A DNA stretch of 50,340 bases from an uncultured Bacteroidales bacterium (GCA_964637235.1 CAZWVR010000003.1:1-50340); one strand, 5' to 3'. Counted from the stretch's first letter, positions 33,941-44,036 are shown. Numbers and translations: made by a program. The notes: generated by a model from the sequence alone, not told the origin.

Positions 33941-35599
33941 TTATTTTTTAAAGAATTCGGTAAAAAAGTATATCTCAGAGATGTTTATATCTTTACGTAT
34001 TTTAATGACATCAAAATGCAAATTATCTATTATTTTGCTCTGTTTACTTTTTATATCACCGAGGTCAAAGTAATTTATAAAAAATGTTTCGTCTAATGGA
34101 TTTGAGACTATGAGCGCTTCTTGTGGTACTTTACCATTGCCTGTTGCTCCTATGGCATAAATGAAGCCTAAATATTTATATAGTTCTTTTTCGCCTTTGG
34201 AATATTGATTTAGTTCAAATAAAGATAATGCTTTGTAGTAATAGATTTCTAATATGTATGGATATTTTTTTTCAAAAATAGTAGCTTGTTTTATGCAAGC
34301 GTCGTATTTATCCTTTTCATACATATTAGCCAACAGATTATCAATAAATTGAATTTTATTTGTATCGTAAGAAGCTTCTTTGGTGCCGCCTATTATTAAC
34401 ATTAAAAATTTATCTATACCCCAGTTAGCGATGTCGTTTATAAACTCTTGGTGTAGTTTTTTGTATTTATATTTGCCTTTTTGGGTTTTTGATAATAGTC
34501 TTTTATAGTGTTTTACATCGAAATTTTTTAAAAAATTATTATCGTCTAATATTTCAGAAGGTGTATTTATAATTAAGCGAATTTTTGAACGTTCAATTCT
34601 GTATTTTAAGTTTGTGCTGTCTAAATTTATTGCTTGGGATATATCAGTTAGTGCCGGTTCATATTGTTTTTTTGCTACGTGTATTAAATATTTATCAAAA
34701 TGTAGGAGAGGAGAGTTTGGATATTTTTTGATTCCGACATTAAGGATAAATAATGCGCTATCCATATCCTTTAAACCGTAATATAAAGTTGCCCATACAT
34801 CATATAAATTTGGAGAGTTTATGTATGCTTCTGCATTTTTACATACTTTTAGAGCTTCTTCGTTGAGATTTATACTTTGGAGAATTTTTATTTTTGCCAT
34901 ATAATAATCATAGAAGTTGCGTCTTAGGGAAATAGCGCTGTCTATCGCACTTAGGGCTTTTTTGTAGTTTCCGAGGCGGTAGTATATAGATGATAGTAAA
35001 TAATAAGCATCTGTTAATGGAAAGATATTTAAGCTTGAATCTATGTAAGAAACTGCTTTAATAATGCTATCGCGTTCGTAGTAGTAATTTGCGAGGAAGT
35101 AATATAGTTTAGCTTTTGTTTTTGGGTCTTTACTATTTAATGCAATTTTTAAATATTTATGTGCCTTTTGATAATTGCTATCAGCTAAGAATGCAACGCC
35201 GCTGTAAAAGGCATATATTAAGCTATCTGGGCTGAATAGGTATCCTTTTTCAAAATATTGAGCAGCAGTAGTATAATCACTATCGCTGAAAAATATATTG
35301 CCGATGTTAATATAAGCATTTGCATAAGTGCTATCAATAGATAAGGCTTGCTTGAAGTAGTTAAAAGCTGTATCTTCAATCCCTTGTGTATAATACCAAA
35401 TACCTAAAAGATTATATGAGGCTGGGCTTTTAGGGTGATATATTACAAAGCTATCTATAATTTTTTTAGCTTTTGTATAATCCCCTTCTGAATAGAGTTT
35501 TGCTATTTTCTCTTGTAATTGTTTTGGGACAGTGTCAGTCTGTGAATATGCATTTATTAGCAGTACAAAAAATAATAGTATAAAGATGATTTTTTTCAT
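33941..35599 (-). CDS. Secreted TPR-repeat protein
   Basis: Signal peptide MKKIIFILLFFVLLINAYSQ and many 34-residue A/Y/L-patterned repeats. Confidence 0.8.
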   Translation of the reverse strand: MKKIIFILLFFVLLINAYSQTDTVPKQLQEKIAKLYSEGDYTKAKKIIDSFVIYHPKSPASYNLLGIWYYTQGIEDTAFNYFKQALSIDSTYANAYINIGNIFFSDSDYTTAAQYFEKGYLFSPDSLIYAFYSGVAFLADSNYQKAHKYLKIALNSKDPKTKAKLYYFLANYYYERDSIIKAVSYIDSSLNIFPLTDAYYLLSSIYYRLGNYKKALSAIDSAISLRRNFYDYYMAKIKILQSINLNEEALKVCKNAEAYINSPNLYDVWATLYYGLKDMDSALFILNVGIKKYPNSPLLHFDKYLIHVAKKQYEPALTDISQAINLDSTNLKYRIERSKIRLIINTPSEILDDNNFLKNFDVKHYKRLLSKTQKGKYKYKKLHQEFINDIANWGIDKFLMLIIGGTKEASYDTNKIQFIDNLLANMYEKDKYDACIKQATIFEKKYPYILEIYYYKALSLFELNQYSKGEKELYKYLGFIYAIGATGNGKVPQEALIVSNPLDETFFINYFDLGDIKSKQSKIIDNLHFDVIKIRKDINISEIYFFTEFFKK

Positions 35600-36171
35600 A
35601 TTTTGTTATTTATTAGTTTTTCAATAATAAGCGGATAATAGTGGTACTCTAATTGATGTACTCTTTTTTCCAGTGTTTTTGGAGTATCATCTGGATATAC
35701 AGGACAAGTTGCCTGAAATAGTATTTTGCCTTTGTCGTATTCTTCATTTACTATATGAATTGTTATGCCAGAAATTTTTTCTTTATTTTTTATTACAGCT
35801 TTATGGACATATTGCCCATACATTCCTTTACCTCCATATGCGGGTAAAAGTGCAGGGTGAATGTTTATAACTCTTTGGCTAAATTCTTTTAAAATATTCT
35901 GAGGTATTAACCATAGGAACCCTGCTAAAACTATATATTGAATGCCTCTCTGTTTTAATAAATTGATTATTTTTTCACTATGATAGAACTCTTGTTTGTT
36001 AAAAATAAAATAAGGTATTTTTAAAGCTTTTGCCCGTTCTATGACGTATGCTTTGGGGTTATTAGTAAAAAAACTATCAACAATTGCGGTTTTTCTTTTA
36101 TTAAAATATTCAGCTATATTTTGTGCATTGGAACCATTTCCAGAGGCAAAAACAGCTATCTTAGGAATCAT
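35596..36171 (-). CDS. purN: Phosphoribosylglycinamide formyltransferase
   Basis: IAVFASGNGSNAQNI, INIHPALLPAYGG and GITIHIVNEEYDKG. Confidence 0.93.
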   Translation of the reverse strand: MIPKIAVFASGNGSNAQNIAEYFNKRKTAIVDSFFTNNPKAYVIERAKALKIPYFIFNKQEFYHSEKIINLLKQRGIQYIVLAGFLWLIPQNILKEFSQRVINIHPALLPAYGGKGMYGQYVHKAVIKNKEKISGITIHIVNEEYDKGKILFQATCPVYPDDTPKTLEKRVHQLEYHYYPLIIEKLINNKI

Positions 36172-37166
36172 TATTTCAATTTAACTGATTTTAGAATAGC
36201 TTCTACTTGCCAAACGTATAATTTTTTTTCTTTTTTCCCTCCATAAATTACACTAAATAGCGTTATCATACGGTTAGTTTTTTCATTTATTATGCTAAGA
36301 GACAAAAAAGGACCTCCAAGGAAAAAGCCTCCTTCGGTTTTCCATAATCCTCGCATAAAAATAGCGTTTTTGCCGTTTAGATTTATATTTTCAACCTTTA
36401 CGGGATAACGTAATTCTATTGACGGATATGTTCCCTCCTTAGGTCCTGGTACGTATTTATATAGAAGTTTATCCCATAAAACGATTAAGCTGTCTTTATT
36501 GAGTTGATAGCTACTTGTAAAAGGTTCTGAATAGATGAATATCGCCTGTGTTGATATGCTCGTCTCTCTGCTGAACCAAAGAAAGTCGCCTTTTTGTTCA
36601 ACGAATTTATATTCATTCGGGAGAGTTAAATCTATTCCGTAATATGCAAGGATTTTATCGTGAAGTTTTTTATTAAGCATACTTGCGAATGCTGCTTGAT
36701 AACGTTTTATTTCTTCATTAAAAAATAGTTGACGAATTTTAGTTTTATTTTTATTCCATAACTTTATAAATGTTGTAGTATCAGGTGCTTGTATTTGTAT
36801 GACAAGTTGACCTCTTGCCCATAAGTCTCTATCTACTTGAATATTGTTTTTTAAGTCGGGTTTTATATTTATTATCAATACGTTACGGTTAGATTTAAAT
36901 AGATTTTTAAAGCCTTGCGGTGGTACATGTGGAACTTTGAAGGTGGGTTCATCTTGTGGAAGCCCGTAGAATGGTTCAGATAAAAAATAAAAAATTGAAT
37001 CTCCTACGGAGCTATTCCATAAACTATCATCAATAACAGCGATAATTTCGCCAGCACGTCCTCCTGCTGCTGGTTTTACATCAGAAGTATTGAATATACT
37101 TTTTTCACCCTTTTTACAACTATTAAAAATAATTATGACCGATAGAATGAAAAATAATTTTTTCAT
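36171..37166 (-). CDS. Lipoprotein of unknown function (DUF4837-like, family recalled from memory)
   Basis: Lipobox IIFNSC followed by AAGGRAGEIIAVIDDSLW..YGLPQDEPTF. It overlaps purN by 1 nt. Confidence 0.65.
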   Translation of the reverse strand: MKKLFFILSVIIIFNSCKKGEKSIFNTSDVKPAAGGRAGEIIAVIDDSLWNSSVGDSIFYFLSEPFYGLPQDEPTFKVPHVPPQGFKNLFKSNRNVLIINIKPDLKNNIQVDRDLWARGQLVIQIQAPDTTTFIKLWNKNKTKIRQLFFNEEIKRYQAAFASMLNKKLHDKILAYYGIDLTLPNEYKFVEQKGDFLWFSRETSISTQAIFIYSEPFTSSYQLNKDSLIVLWDKLLYKYVPGPKEGTYPSIELRYPVKVENINLNGKNAIFMRGLWKTEGGFFLGGPFLSLSIINEKTNRMITLFSVIYGGKKEKKLYVWQVEAILKSVKLK

Positions 37167-37186
37167 ATTTGTATAATTTTGTTAGT

Positions 37187-37990
37187 TTATATAAGAAAAT
37201 TGATATCTTCATAAAATTTTTCAATATCTTGCGTATATATTTTGTCAAGATTATTTGCAAATTCATAAATTTCATCATAGGAATCTTTAACATTAGTAAT
37301 TTGGCGATATACACCATATATATAACGTTCGTCAAGTTGTAAGCGATACAAAGCGTATCCTTTATATGTTTCAATTATTAGCAGGATACTGCCGTTAAAG
37401 AAATGATTTTGAGGTATCCTGCTTTTACTGCGCCATAGTATTTTCCATAATTTATTAGTTTCGAATATATTGTCTTCTGTGCCTGTGCTGAGGATTTCAT
37501 TAGCTTGCTCATAAGCAATTTGATCAAAATAATAATCTGGTTGTACAAAATTTTTTGGATATATTTCTGAAAACATATAATCAACATCGTCAATAATTAC
37601 AAAGTTCTCTATATGCGGATTTTCTTGTAAATACCAAAAAATTTCCGAGGCTCTAAGATTGGTAGATATACTTACAGTTTTATCATATAAGTATTTTTCC
37701 ATATTATGAATAGCAAATAATAGACGTAATTTATAAATATTAAGGCTTTCGCGCCAATTGGATATTATTACAATCTGAGCATTATGGTTTTTACATAAAA
37801 GTTTTAGATTTTCTATTGCATGTTCATTCCAGTCATATAATACTGCTCCTATATCGTATTTGCTTATATCTGTATATTGAAAATTTTTTTCAATAAAACT
37901 ATTTTTTAATTCATCTAAGTTTTCATTAAATCTTTGCTGAGCGTCCTCCGGTTGTATTACTCCGTCAATATCCAAGAAAATGACTTTCAT
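37187..37990 (-). CDS. HAD-like phosphatase domain (resembles the HAD domains of RNA-repair 'Swiss army knife' proteins) fused to an unknown ~100-aa C-terminal domain
   Basis: Motif I is VIFLDIDGVI. ISNWR, RASEI and FVIIDDVD match the layout of that HAD subfamily as I remember it. The C-terminal aa 170-267 match nothing I recognise. Confidence 0.65.
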   Translation of the reverse strand: MKVIFLDIDGVIQPEDAQQRFNENLDELKNSFIEKNFQYTDISKYDIGAVLYDWNEHAIENLKLLCKNHNAQIVIISNWRESLNIYKLRLLFAIHNMEKYLYDKTVSISTNLRASEIFWYLQENPHIENFVIIDDVDYMFSEIYPKNFVQPDYYFDQIAYEQANEILSTGTEDNIFETNKLWKILWRSKSRIPQNHFFNGSILLIIETYKGYALYRLQLDERYIYGVYRQITNVKDSYDEIYEFANNLDKIYTQDIEKFYEDINFLI

Positions 37991-38130
37991 AAGTTTTTTA
38001 GCAAAAATAGGAAAAAACTTTTAAATCAATTGTCCGACTGTGAATTTTAAAATATATTTGAACTGAAAACTTTATTTTTCTATACAACTTTTTTTCACTA
38101 AAAGTAATCTTAAAACAAATTTATTGCTTG

Positions 38131-38550
38131 ATGGAAAAAATGAATGTAAAAGGATGTTATATTATTGATTTTGAAAATGTTAATGATAATAATAAAGCTT
38201 TTTTAACAATAATTCAAATTCATAAGCATATTCCTTTTGAAGTTAAGAGAATTTTTTTACTTTCGGATATAAAAGAAATAAAGCGAGGTAATCATGCCCA
38301 TAAGAAATTGCATCAGATAATTATAAGTGTACAGGGAAGTTTTCTTTTAAAGCTTGATGATGGAGAAAATAAGCAAGAAATTTTTCTTGATAGCCCATCA
38401 AAAGGAGTATTTGTATCAAATTTGGTATGGAAAGAACTTACCAATTTTTCAGAGGATTGTAAAATTCTTGTATTAGCGTCGGATTATTACGATGAAGGTG
38501 ATTATATTCGTAATTATGATGATTTTTTAAAGATTGTGAAAAGGTATTAA
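38131..38550 (+). CDS. WxcM/FdtA-like cupin (sugar 3,4-ketoisomerase-like)
   Basis: FEVKRIFLLSDI..RGNHAHKKLHQIIISVQGSF..VWKEL..VLASDYYDEGDYIRNYDDF follows the FdtA pattern. I used the ATG at 38131. Confidence 0.7.
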   Translation: MEKMNVKGCYIIDFENVNDNNKAFLTIIQIHKHIPFEVKRIFLLSDIKEIKRGNHAHKKLHQIIISVQGSFLLKLDDGENKQEIFLDSPSKGVFVSNLVWKELTNFSEDCKILVLASDYYDEGDYIRNYDDFLKIVKRY

Positions 38551-38703
38551 AACTACCCCAAAAATTAAAAATAAAAAAATAACGTACTATAATATTGACT
38601 TTCATTTTTTACTCCCCAAGTGAGCTATCTAAAAAGTCAAGTATGTTATAAATTATGATATTTAGAAAGATTTTTTGTGTAAATGGGAAAAATTATAGAA
38701 AAT

Positions 38704-38738
38704 AAAAAAGGGAGCGCCTTTTTAGACACTCCCATTTT
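38704..38738. terminator. Bidirectional hairpin terminator
   Basis: An A-run, then gggagcgcc-ttttt-agacactccc (a GGGAG/CTCCC core extendable with G-U pairs on the minus strand), then ttttt. It lies 33 nt below the FGE-like gene stop. Confidence 0.6.
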
Positions 38739-38770
38739 TCAGTGAGCCCTATATTAAGTAAGATGTATTT

Positions 38771-39589
38771 TTATTCGTTAGTTGCGGTTTGGGCTAATCT
38801 TATACCGATATTTCCTTGTGCAATATTAGGACTAAGGCTAAATCTACGAGTCACACGTAAATATTCTATACTGCTTTTGAAATTTCCGCCTCTATATACT
38901 CTGGTTTTACCATTAGCTGGTCCGTGTGGATTTTCAGAGGGAGATTTTTTGTAATAGTCTTTGTCATAGTAATCCCAGCACCATTCCCAAGCATTTCCGA
39001 GCATATCATACACAGCTAATTCATTAGGTTTTTTCTGACCTACTTCGTGAGGTTTTCCATCAGAATTTGCAGCATACCAAGCTACCTCATTAGGATCATT
39101 ACTACCGCAGTATGCATATCCTTGGGATTTTGAACCTCCTTTTGCGACATATTCCCATTCTGCTTCGGTAGGTAATCTATAACCATTTGCATCCCAGTGT
39201 ACTTCTTTTACATATGTTCCATTACTGTCTATCTCTAATTCATATACTTTGTCTAATCCAAAACGAGAGCTTAACCAGTTGCAGTATTTTATTGCACCTT
39301 CCCAACTAACATTCATAACAGGTAATTTACCTCTTCCGAAGCCTCCGTCGTCTGGGAAAGGATAGCCAGTAGAACGACAGAATAAATCAAATTCGTCAAA
39401 AGTTACTTCATATTTGCCAATATAAAAGTCGCTTAATGTTACTTTGTGCTCAGGTTTTTCGTCCAACGCATCTGAATAGTCATTTCCCATGTAAAAAGAG
39501 CCGCCTTCAACAAATACCATTTCAGGTTTTTGAGCATTGAGAATTCCTGTTAAAATCAGTAATGCAAAGAAAAGAATGTGTTTTTTCAT
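38771..39589 (-). CDS. Secreted formylglycine-generating-enzyme (SUMF1/FGE) family protein
   Basis: Signal peptide MKKHILFFALLILTGILNAQ. Also HKVTLSDFYIGKYEVT, YRLPTEAEWEY, GNAWEWCWD and RVYRGGNF. I used the ATG at 39589. Confidence 0.85.
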   Translation of the reverse strand: MKKHILFFALLILTGILNAQKPEMVFVEGGSFYMGNDYSDALDEKPEHKVTLSDFYIGKYEVTFDEFDLFCRSTGYPFPDDGGFGRGKLPVMNVSWEGAIKYCNWLSSRFGLDKVYELEIDSNGTYVKEVHWDANGYRLPTEAEWEYVAKGGSKSQGYAYCGSNDPNEVAWYAANSDGKPHEVGQKKPNELAVYDMLGNAWEWCWDYYDKDYYKKSPSENPHGPANGKTRVYRGGNFKSSIEYLRVTRRFSLSPNIAQGNIGIRLAQTATNE

Positions 39590-39740
39590 ATTTATTTTTT
39601 TTACAGTTTTTAATATTTTGAAAATTATCTTGCACAAATGTAAAATAAAAATTGTTTTTTATCAAATGGAATAATTTATATTTGTATTGTTTTTATTTTT
39701 AACGAAAAAATTTCGCTTCAATTATATAAAATCTTATAAA

Positions 39741-40469
39741 ATGAATGTTCAAAATGAGACTCCTGTTGTTTTTGATAAAATTTTATTAAAATTAAGTGGA
39801 GAAGCTCTCGCCGGTTCTCTTGGATATGGTATTGATGAAACAATGGTGGATTTTTTTACTGAAGAAATTATTAAAATTGTTAAATTAGGTGTAAAAGTAG
39901 CTATAGTTGTGGGAGGTGGAAATATATTTAGAGGTTTAAAGGGTATTAAGCAAGGAATAGAACGCCTTAAAGGTGATTTTATGGGTATGCTTGCTACTAC
40001 AATAAATGCTTTGGCTTTGGAGTCTTTTTTTAATACGAAAGGATATAAAGCCAAGGTGCTTACATCTACTTTTATGGAACCTTATGCAGAGAGATATTCT
40101 CCTTGGAGAGCTCATAACTATTTAGATAAAAATTATATACTTATCTTTGCCGGAGGTACAGGAAATCCTTTTTTTACTACGGATACTGCCGCAGCCCTTA
40201 GAGCTGTAGAAATTGGTGCAGATGTGCTAATAAAAGCAACTAATGTGGATGGAGTATATTCCGATAATCCTAAAAATAATCCTAATGCTGTAAAATACGA
40301 TACCCTTGATTTTAAAACTGCTATTGAGAAAAATTTACAAGTGGTAGATATGACTGCTTTTGCTATGTGTTATGAAAATAATTTACCTTTAATAGTGTAT
40401 AATGCTCATAAGGCAGATAATCTATTGAAAATCATTAAGGGACAAAAAATTGGGACACTCGTAAAATAA
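39741..40469 (+). CDS. pyrH: UMP kinase
   Basis: ILLKLSGEAL, VVGGGNIFRG and TNVDGVYSDNPK. I used the ATG at 39741. Confidence 0.93.
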   Translation: MNVQNETPVVFDKILLKLSGEALAGSLGYGIDETMVDFFTEEIIKIVKLGVKVAIVVGGGNIFRGLKGIKQGIERLKGDFMGMLATTINALALESFFNTKGYKAKVLTSTFMEPYAERYSPWRAHNYLDKNYILIFAGGTGNPFFTTDTAAALRAVEIGADVLIKATNVDGVYSDNPKNNPNAVKYDTLDFKTAIEKNLQVVDMTAFAMCYENNLPLIVYNAHKADNLLKIIKGQKIGTLVK

Positions 40470-41065
40470 TGTTGAAATTATATTACAATAATAACTTTTT
40501 GGAGGTAGGTTGTGACGAAGCTGGTCGTGGCGCTCTTGCCGGTCCTGTATTTGCCGCTGCTGTGATTTTACCATCTGATTTTAATGTTCCATTGTTAAAT
40601 GATTCTAAAAAACTTTCTGAGAAAAAAAGATATGAACTAAGAGAAAAAATCCTCCAACAAGCTATTGATTGGGCTGTCGCTTACGTAGATAATACACAAA
40701 TAGACAAAATAAATATTTTAAATGCTTCAATAGAAGCTATGCATAGAGCTTTGGATAAATTGAAAGTTAGACCTCAGTTTATACTTATAGATGGAAATAA
40801 GTTTTATAAATATAGAAATATTCCCCATAAAACTATTGTAAAAGGAGATGCTCTGTATGCTTCAATTGCTGCTGCTTCAATTTTAGCTAAAACTTTTCGT
40901 GATGATTATATGAAAGAGCTACATAAAAAGTTCCCCCAATATAACTGGTATAAAAATAAAGGTTATCCTACAAAAGAACATAAGAAATCTATTTTTTATC
41001 ATGGACTTACTAATTATCACCGTAAAACTTTTTGTTCTTTTTTTTATGAAAAAAAATTGTTTTAA
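40469..41065 (+). CDS. rnhB: Ribonuclease HII
   Basis: VGCDEAGRGALAGPV, LNDSKKLS and IDGN. The TAATG junction overlaps pyrH. Confidence 0.93.
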   Translation: MLKLYYNNNFLEVGCDEAGRGALAGPVFAAAVILPSDFNVPLLNDSKKLSEKKRYELREKILQQAIDWAVAYVDNTQIDKINILNASIEAMHRALDKLKVRPQFILIDGNKFYKYRNIPHKTIVKGDALYASIAAASILAKTFRDDYMKELHKKFPQYNWYKNKGYPTKEHKKSIFYHGLTNYHRKTFCSFFYEKKLF

Positions 41066-41076
41066 AATATGACAAA

Positions 41077-43107
41077 ATGAAACGTTTAATATTTTTATTT
41101 ATTTTTTTGCCTTGGCAGTTATTTGCTCAGTATCAAAGTTTTAGGGATTCCATTGATGTAATTAAATATAACATAAACTTGAATGTATCTGTTAAAGAGA
41201 AAAAAATTTCCGGTTATACAATTGTGAATTTTAAACCTCTTTATCCAAATATGCATACGATACGTTTAGATTTACTTAAATTAAAAGTCTATAAGATATT
41301 TTTTAATGGCAAGGTTATTTCTCGTTGGAGCCAAAATGATTCTTTAATTATCATTGACTTGCCTATGGATATAGATACCTCGCATAATTATTCTTTAAAA
41401 ATTTTTTACGGAGGAAAACCTGTTCAGGATAAATTTTGGGGTGGTTTTTATTTTAAAAATAATAATGCTTTTAATATGGGCGTTGGTATGACATCTATAC
41501 CCCATTCTTTTGGAAGAGTTTGGTTTCCTTGTAATGATAAATTTAGCGATAAAGCTCTCTTTGAATACCATATTACAGTTAAAAAACCTTATACTGCTGT
41601 ATGTGGCGGAAAACTTATAGAAAAAAAACAACTACGTAATAAAAGGGTTTTCGTTTATAAACTTAATAAACCAATACCTGCTTATTTGGCTTCTGTAAAT
41701 GTGGGTGTTTTTGATACTATAACAGGAATTTATAATGGAATAACTAAAAAAATTCCGTACAGAATTTTTGTTTTTAAAGGTAAAAAACAGCTCGCTAAAA
41801 AAACATTTGTACATATTTTAGATGCTTTATCAATTTTTGAAAAATTATTTGGTGCCTATCCTTGGGATTTAGTTGGTTATTCTGAAATAAATTTTACAGG
41901 AGGAGCTATGGAACACGTTGAAAATATTTCTATGCCATTTATTGTAATAGATGGTACACTTAAAAATGAGGCTCTTTTATATCATGAACTTTCCCATTCT
42001 TGGTTCGGTGATTTAGTTACTTGTAAAACAGCAAAGGATATTTGGCTTAACGAGGGTTGGGCTTCTTATGCCGAAATTCTATTTTTTGAAAATTTATACG
42101 GTCAAGATAAAGCTAAGGAACAACTTAGAAAAAAACACTTTTATGCCCTAAATTTTGCTCATCGTAATGATCACGGATATCGAGCTATTGCAAATATGAA
42201 TTTGAAGTTTACTTATGGAACTACAATTTATAAGAAAAGTCCAAGTGTAATCCATACTTTGCGATATTATATGGGCGATTCTTTATTTTTTGCTACTGTG
42301 AAAGCTTATTTAAAAAAATTTGCTTTTAAGAATGTATCTACTGCTCAAATGCAGCAGTTTTTTTCTACATATTCTAAAAAAGATTTAACAGATTTTTTTA
42401 ATTTGTGGATATATTCAAAAGGTTTTCCATATTTTGAACTTAAAAATTGGAAAATTATCGATTCATCTAAGTATGGTTATCAAATCTTATTAACAATCGT
42501 CCAGAGAAAACTAGGAGATACCCTTGTGGGAAAAAATGTGAAATTGCCGGTATTTTTTTATGATAGAACTTTTAAACCTCTTGAAAAAGACATTTTTGTC
42601 AGTGGCGAAAAAACAACTCTAAAATTACGCGTGCCTTTTAAACCTCGTTATGTCGCTTTGGATATAAATGAACAAATTGCAGATGCTACTACCGATAGAT
42701 ATTACATTGTCCGAGACACCGGTACTTATATATTTGATTATGAATTGTCTGACGTGGTAATTACATCTATTGGGCATTCTGATAGCGCTTTGATACGTGT
42801 GCAAGCTAATTGGCTCCCGCCTGATAATGTTAAAAAATATAAAGGCTACCTTTTCCAAAAAAATTATTATTGGACTGTTGGAGGAATATTCCCAAAGACT
42901 ATGAAAGGTAAACTTAAACTTTATTTGACAACTCTTATGGATATAAATTTTGTAAATTTGCATAATCCAAAGGAATTTTTATTATTTTATCGTAGTAAAC
43001 CTACTTCTGCATGGAAACGTGTAAATTTTCGTTTGGTGAAAAGTAATTATTTAGAAACTGATTTAAAACCAGGTGATTATGCTATTGCTATAAAAACTTA
43101 TGAATGA
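41077..43107 (+). CDS. M1-family zinc aminopeptidase (secreted)
   Basis: GGAMEH exopeptidase motif, and HELSHSWFGD..(18 aa)..WLNEGWASY (HExxH-x18-E). Signal peptide present. Confidence 0.9.
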   Translation: MKRLIFLFIFLPWQLFAQYQSFRDSIDVIKYNINLNVSVKEKKISGYTIVNFKPLYPNMHTIRLDLLKLKVYKIFFNGKVISRWSQNDSLIIIDLPMDIDTSHNYSLKIFYGGKPVQDKFWGGFYFKNNNAFNMGVGMTSIPHSFGRVWFPCNDKFSDKALFEYHITVKKPYTAVCGGKLIEKKQLRNKRVFVYKLNKPIPAYLASVNVGVFDTITGIYNGITKKIPYRIFVFKGKKQLAKKTFVHILDALSIFEKLFGAYPWDLVGYSEINFTGGAMEHVENISMPFIVIDGTLKNEALLYHELSHSWFGDLVTCKTAKDIWLNEGWASYAEILFFENLYGQDKAKEQLRKKHFYALNFAHRNDHGYRAIANMNLKFTYGTTIYKKSPSVIHTLRYYMGDSLFFATVKAYLKKFAFKNVSTAQMQQFFSTYSKKDLTDFFNLWIYSKGFPYFELKNWKIIDSSKYGYQILLTIVQRKLGDTLVGKNVKLPVFFYDRTFKPLEKDIFVSGEKTTLKLRVPFKPRYVALDINEQIADATTDRYYIVRDTGTYIFDYELSDVVITSIGHSDSALIRVQANWLPPDNVKKYKGYLFQKNYYWTVGGIFPKTMKGKLKLYLTTLMDINFVNLHNPKEFLLFYRSKPTSAWKRVNFRLVKSNYLETDLKPGDYAIAIKTYE

Positions 43108-43814
43108 TGAAGCCAAAAATTTTGCATATTGAAACGAGCTCTAATATTTGTTCTGTTTCTCTTTCTGAGGGAAATAAACAAATAGCAACTAAAAGTATCC
43201 AGCAGCCTAATATGCATGCAAAATATGCACCTGTTTTTATTAAAGAACTACTTACTGACTATATTTCTGCTGATGAACTTGATGCAATTGCTGTTAGTAT
43301 TGGACCTGGTTCATATACAGGTTTACGGATTGGACTTTCTTTGGCAAAAGGCTTGGCTTATGCTTCTAATAAGCCTATTATCGCGATAAACACCCTTGCC
43401 ATAATTTGTGCAAATTTGAAACGTAAAATATCTATCGATGGAACTGTTATTGCTGCCATAGATGCTCGTAGAGATGAAGTTTTTGCTCAATTGTTTGATA
43501 ATCAATGTGCTGCAATATCGGATTTGTTGAATATAAAGCTTTCTGAACAAGATTTTTCGCAATATCTTCCGAATAATAAGTCTATTATTGTCGGGAGTGG
43601 AGCTCAAAAAATTCAAAATTATTTTTCTGATGACAATATATCTTTTTATCCCGAAATTATGCCTACTGCTGATGGTATGATAGATTTAGCCCTTGAAAAA
43701 TTTAATAATGCTAAGTTTGAAAATTTAGCGTATATAGAACCTGTTTATATGAAGCCTTTTATAGCAATAAAGCCTAAAAATAAGGTTTTAGGGCATTTGA
43801 AAAGAAATAAGTAA
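43104..43814 (+). CDS. tsaB: tRNA threonylcarbamoyladenosine biosynthesis protein TsaB
   Basis: ILHIETSSNICSVSL and GPGSYTGLRIGLS. ATGA overlap with the upstream gene. Confidence 0.9.
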   Translation: MMKPKILHIETSSNICSVSLSEGNKQIATKSIQQPNMHAKYAPVFIKELLTDYISADELDAIAVSIGPGSYTGLRIGLSLAKGLAYASNKPIIAINTLAIICANLKRKISIDGTVIAAIDARRDEVFAQLFDNQCAAISDLLNIKLSEQDFSQYLPNNKSIIVGSGAQKIQNYFSDDNISFYPEIMPTADGMIDLALEKFNNAKFENLAYIEPVYMKPFIAIKPKNKVLGHLKRNK

Positions 43815-43991
43815 TTATTGAGCTGTTTAGTTTGTCAATTGATTTTTATAACTCCTTGTTTATCAGGGAAATGTGTTTTAGTTAAACTTTTTCAAGACAG
43901 ATTTGCTTTTCGTTTGCTATAACAAAAGGTTATTCAAAAGGCAGGGATATTGTATGTTTTATGGCATTTAGAAATAATTTTTGTGAAAAAT

Positions 43992-44023
43992 AAAAAAGGG
44001 GCGTCTAAAAAGACGCCCCTTTT
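43992..44023. terminator. Bidirectional rho-independent terminator (rpoD side and tsaB side)
   Basis: aaaaaa-ggggcgtct-aaaa-agacgcccc-tttt, a 9-bp perfect stem 18 nt from the rpoD stop. Confidence 0.85.
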
Positions 44024-44036
44024 GGGTGCTTCTCCA

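Noticed and set aside
37123-37593. Same-strand ORFs 37123..37374 and 37378..37593 overlapping the HAD-like gene (a possible frameshifted pseudogene).
   Set aside because: The 267-aa frame (37187..37990) is continuous and carries all the HAD motifs in order. The others are out-of-frame low-complexity translations.
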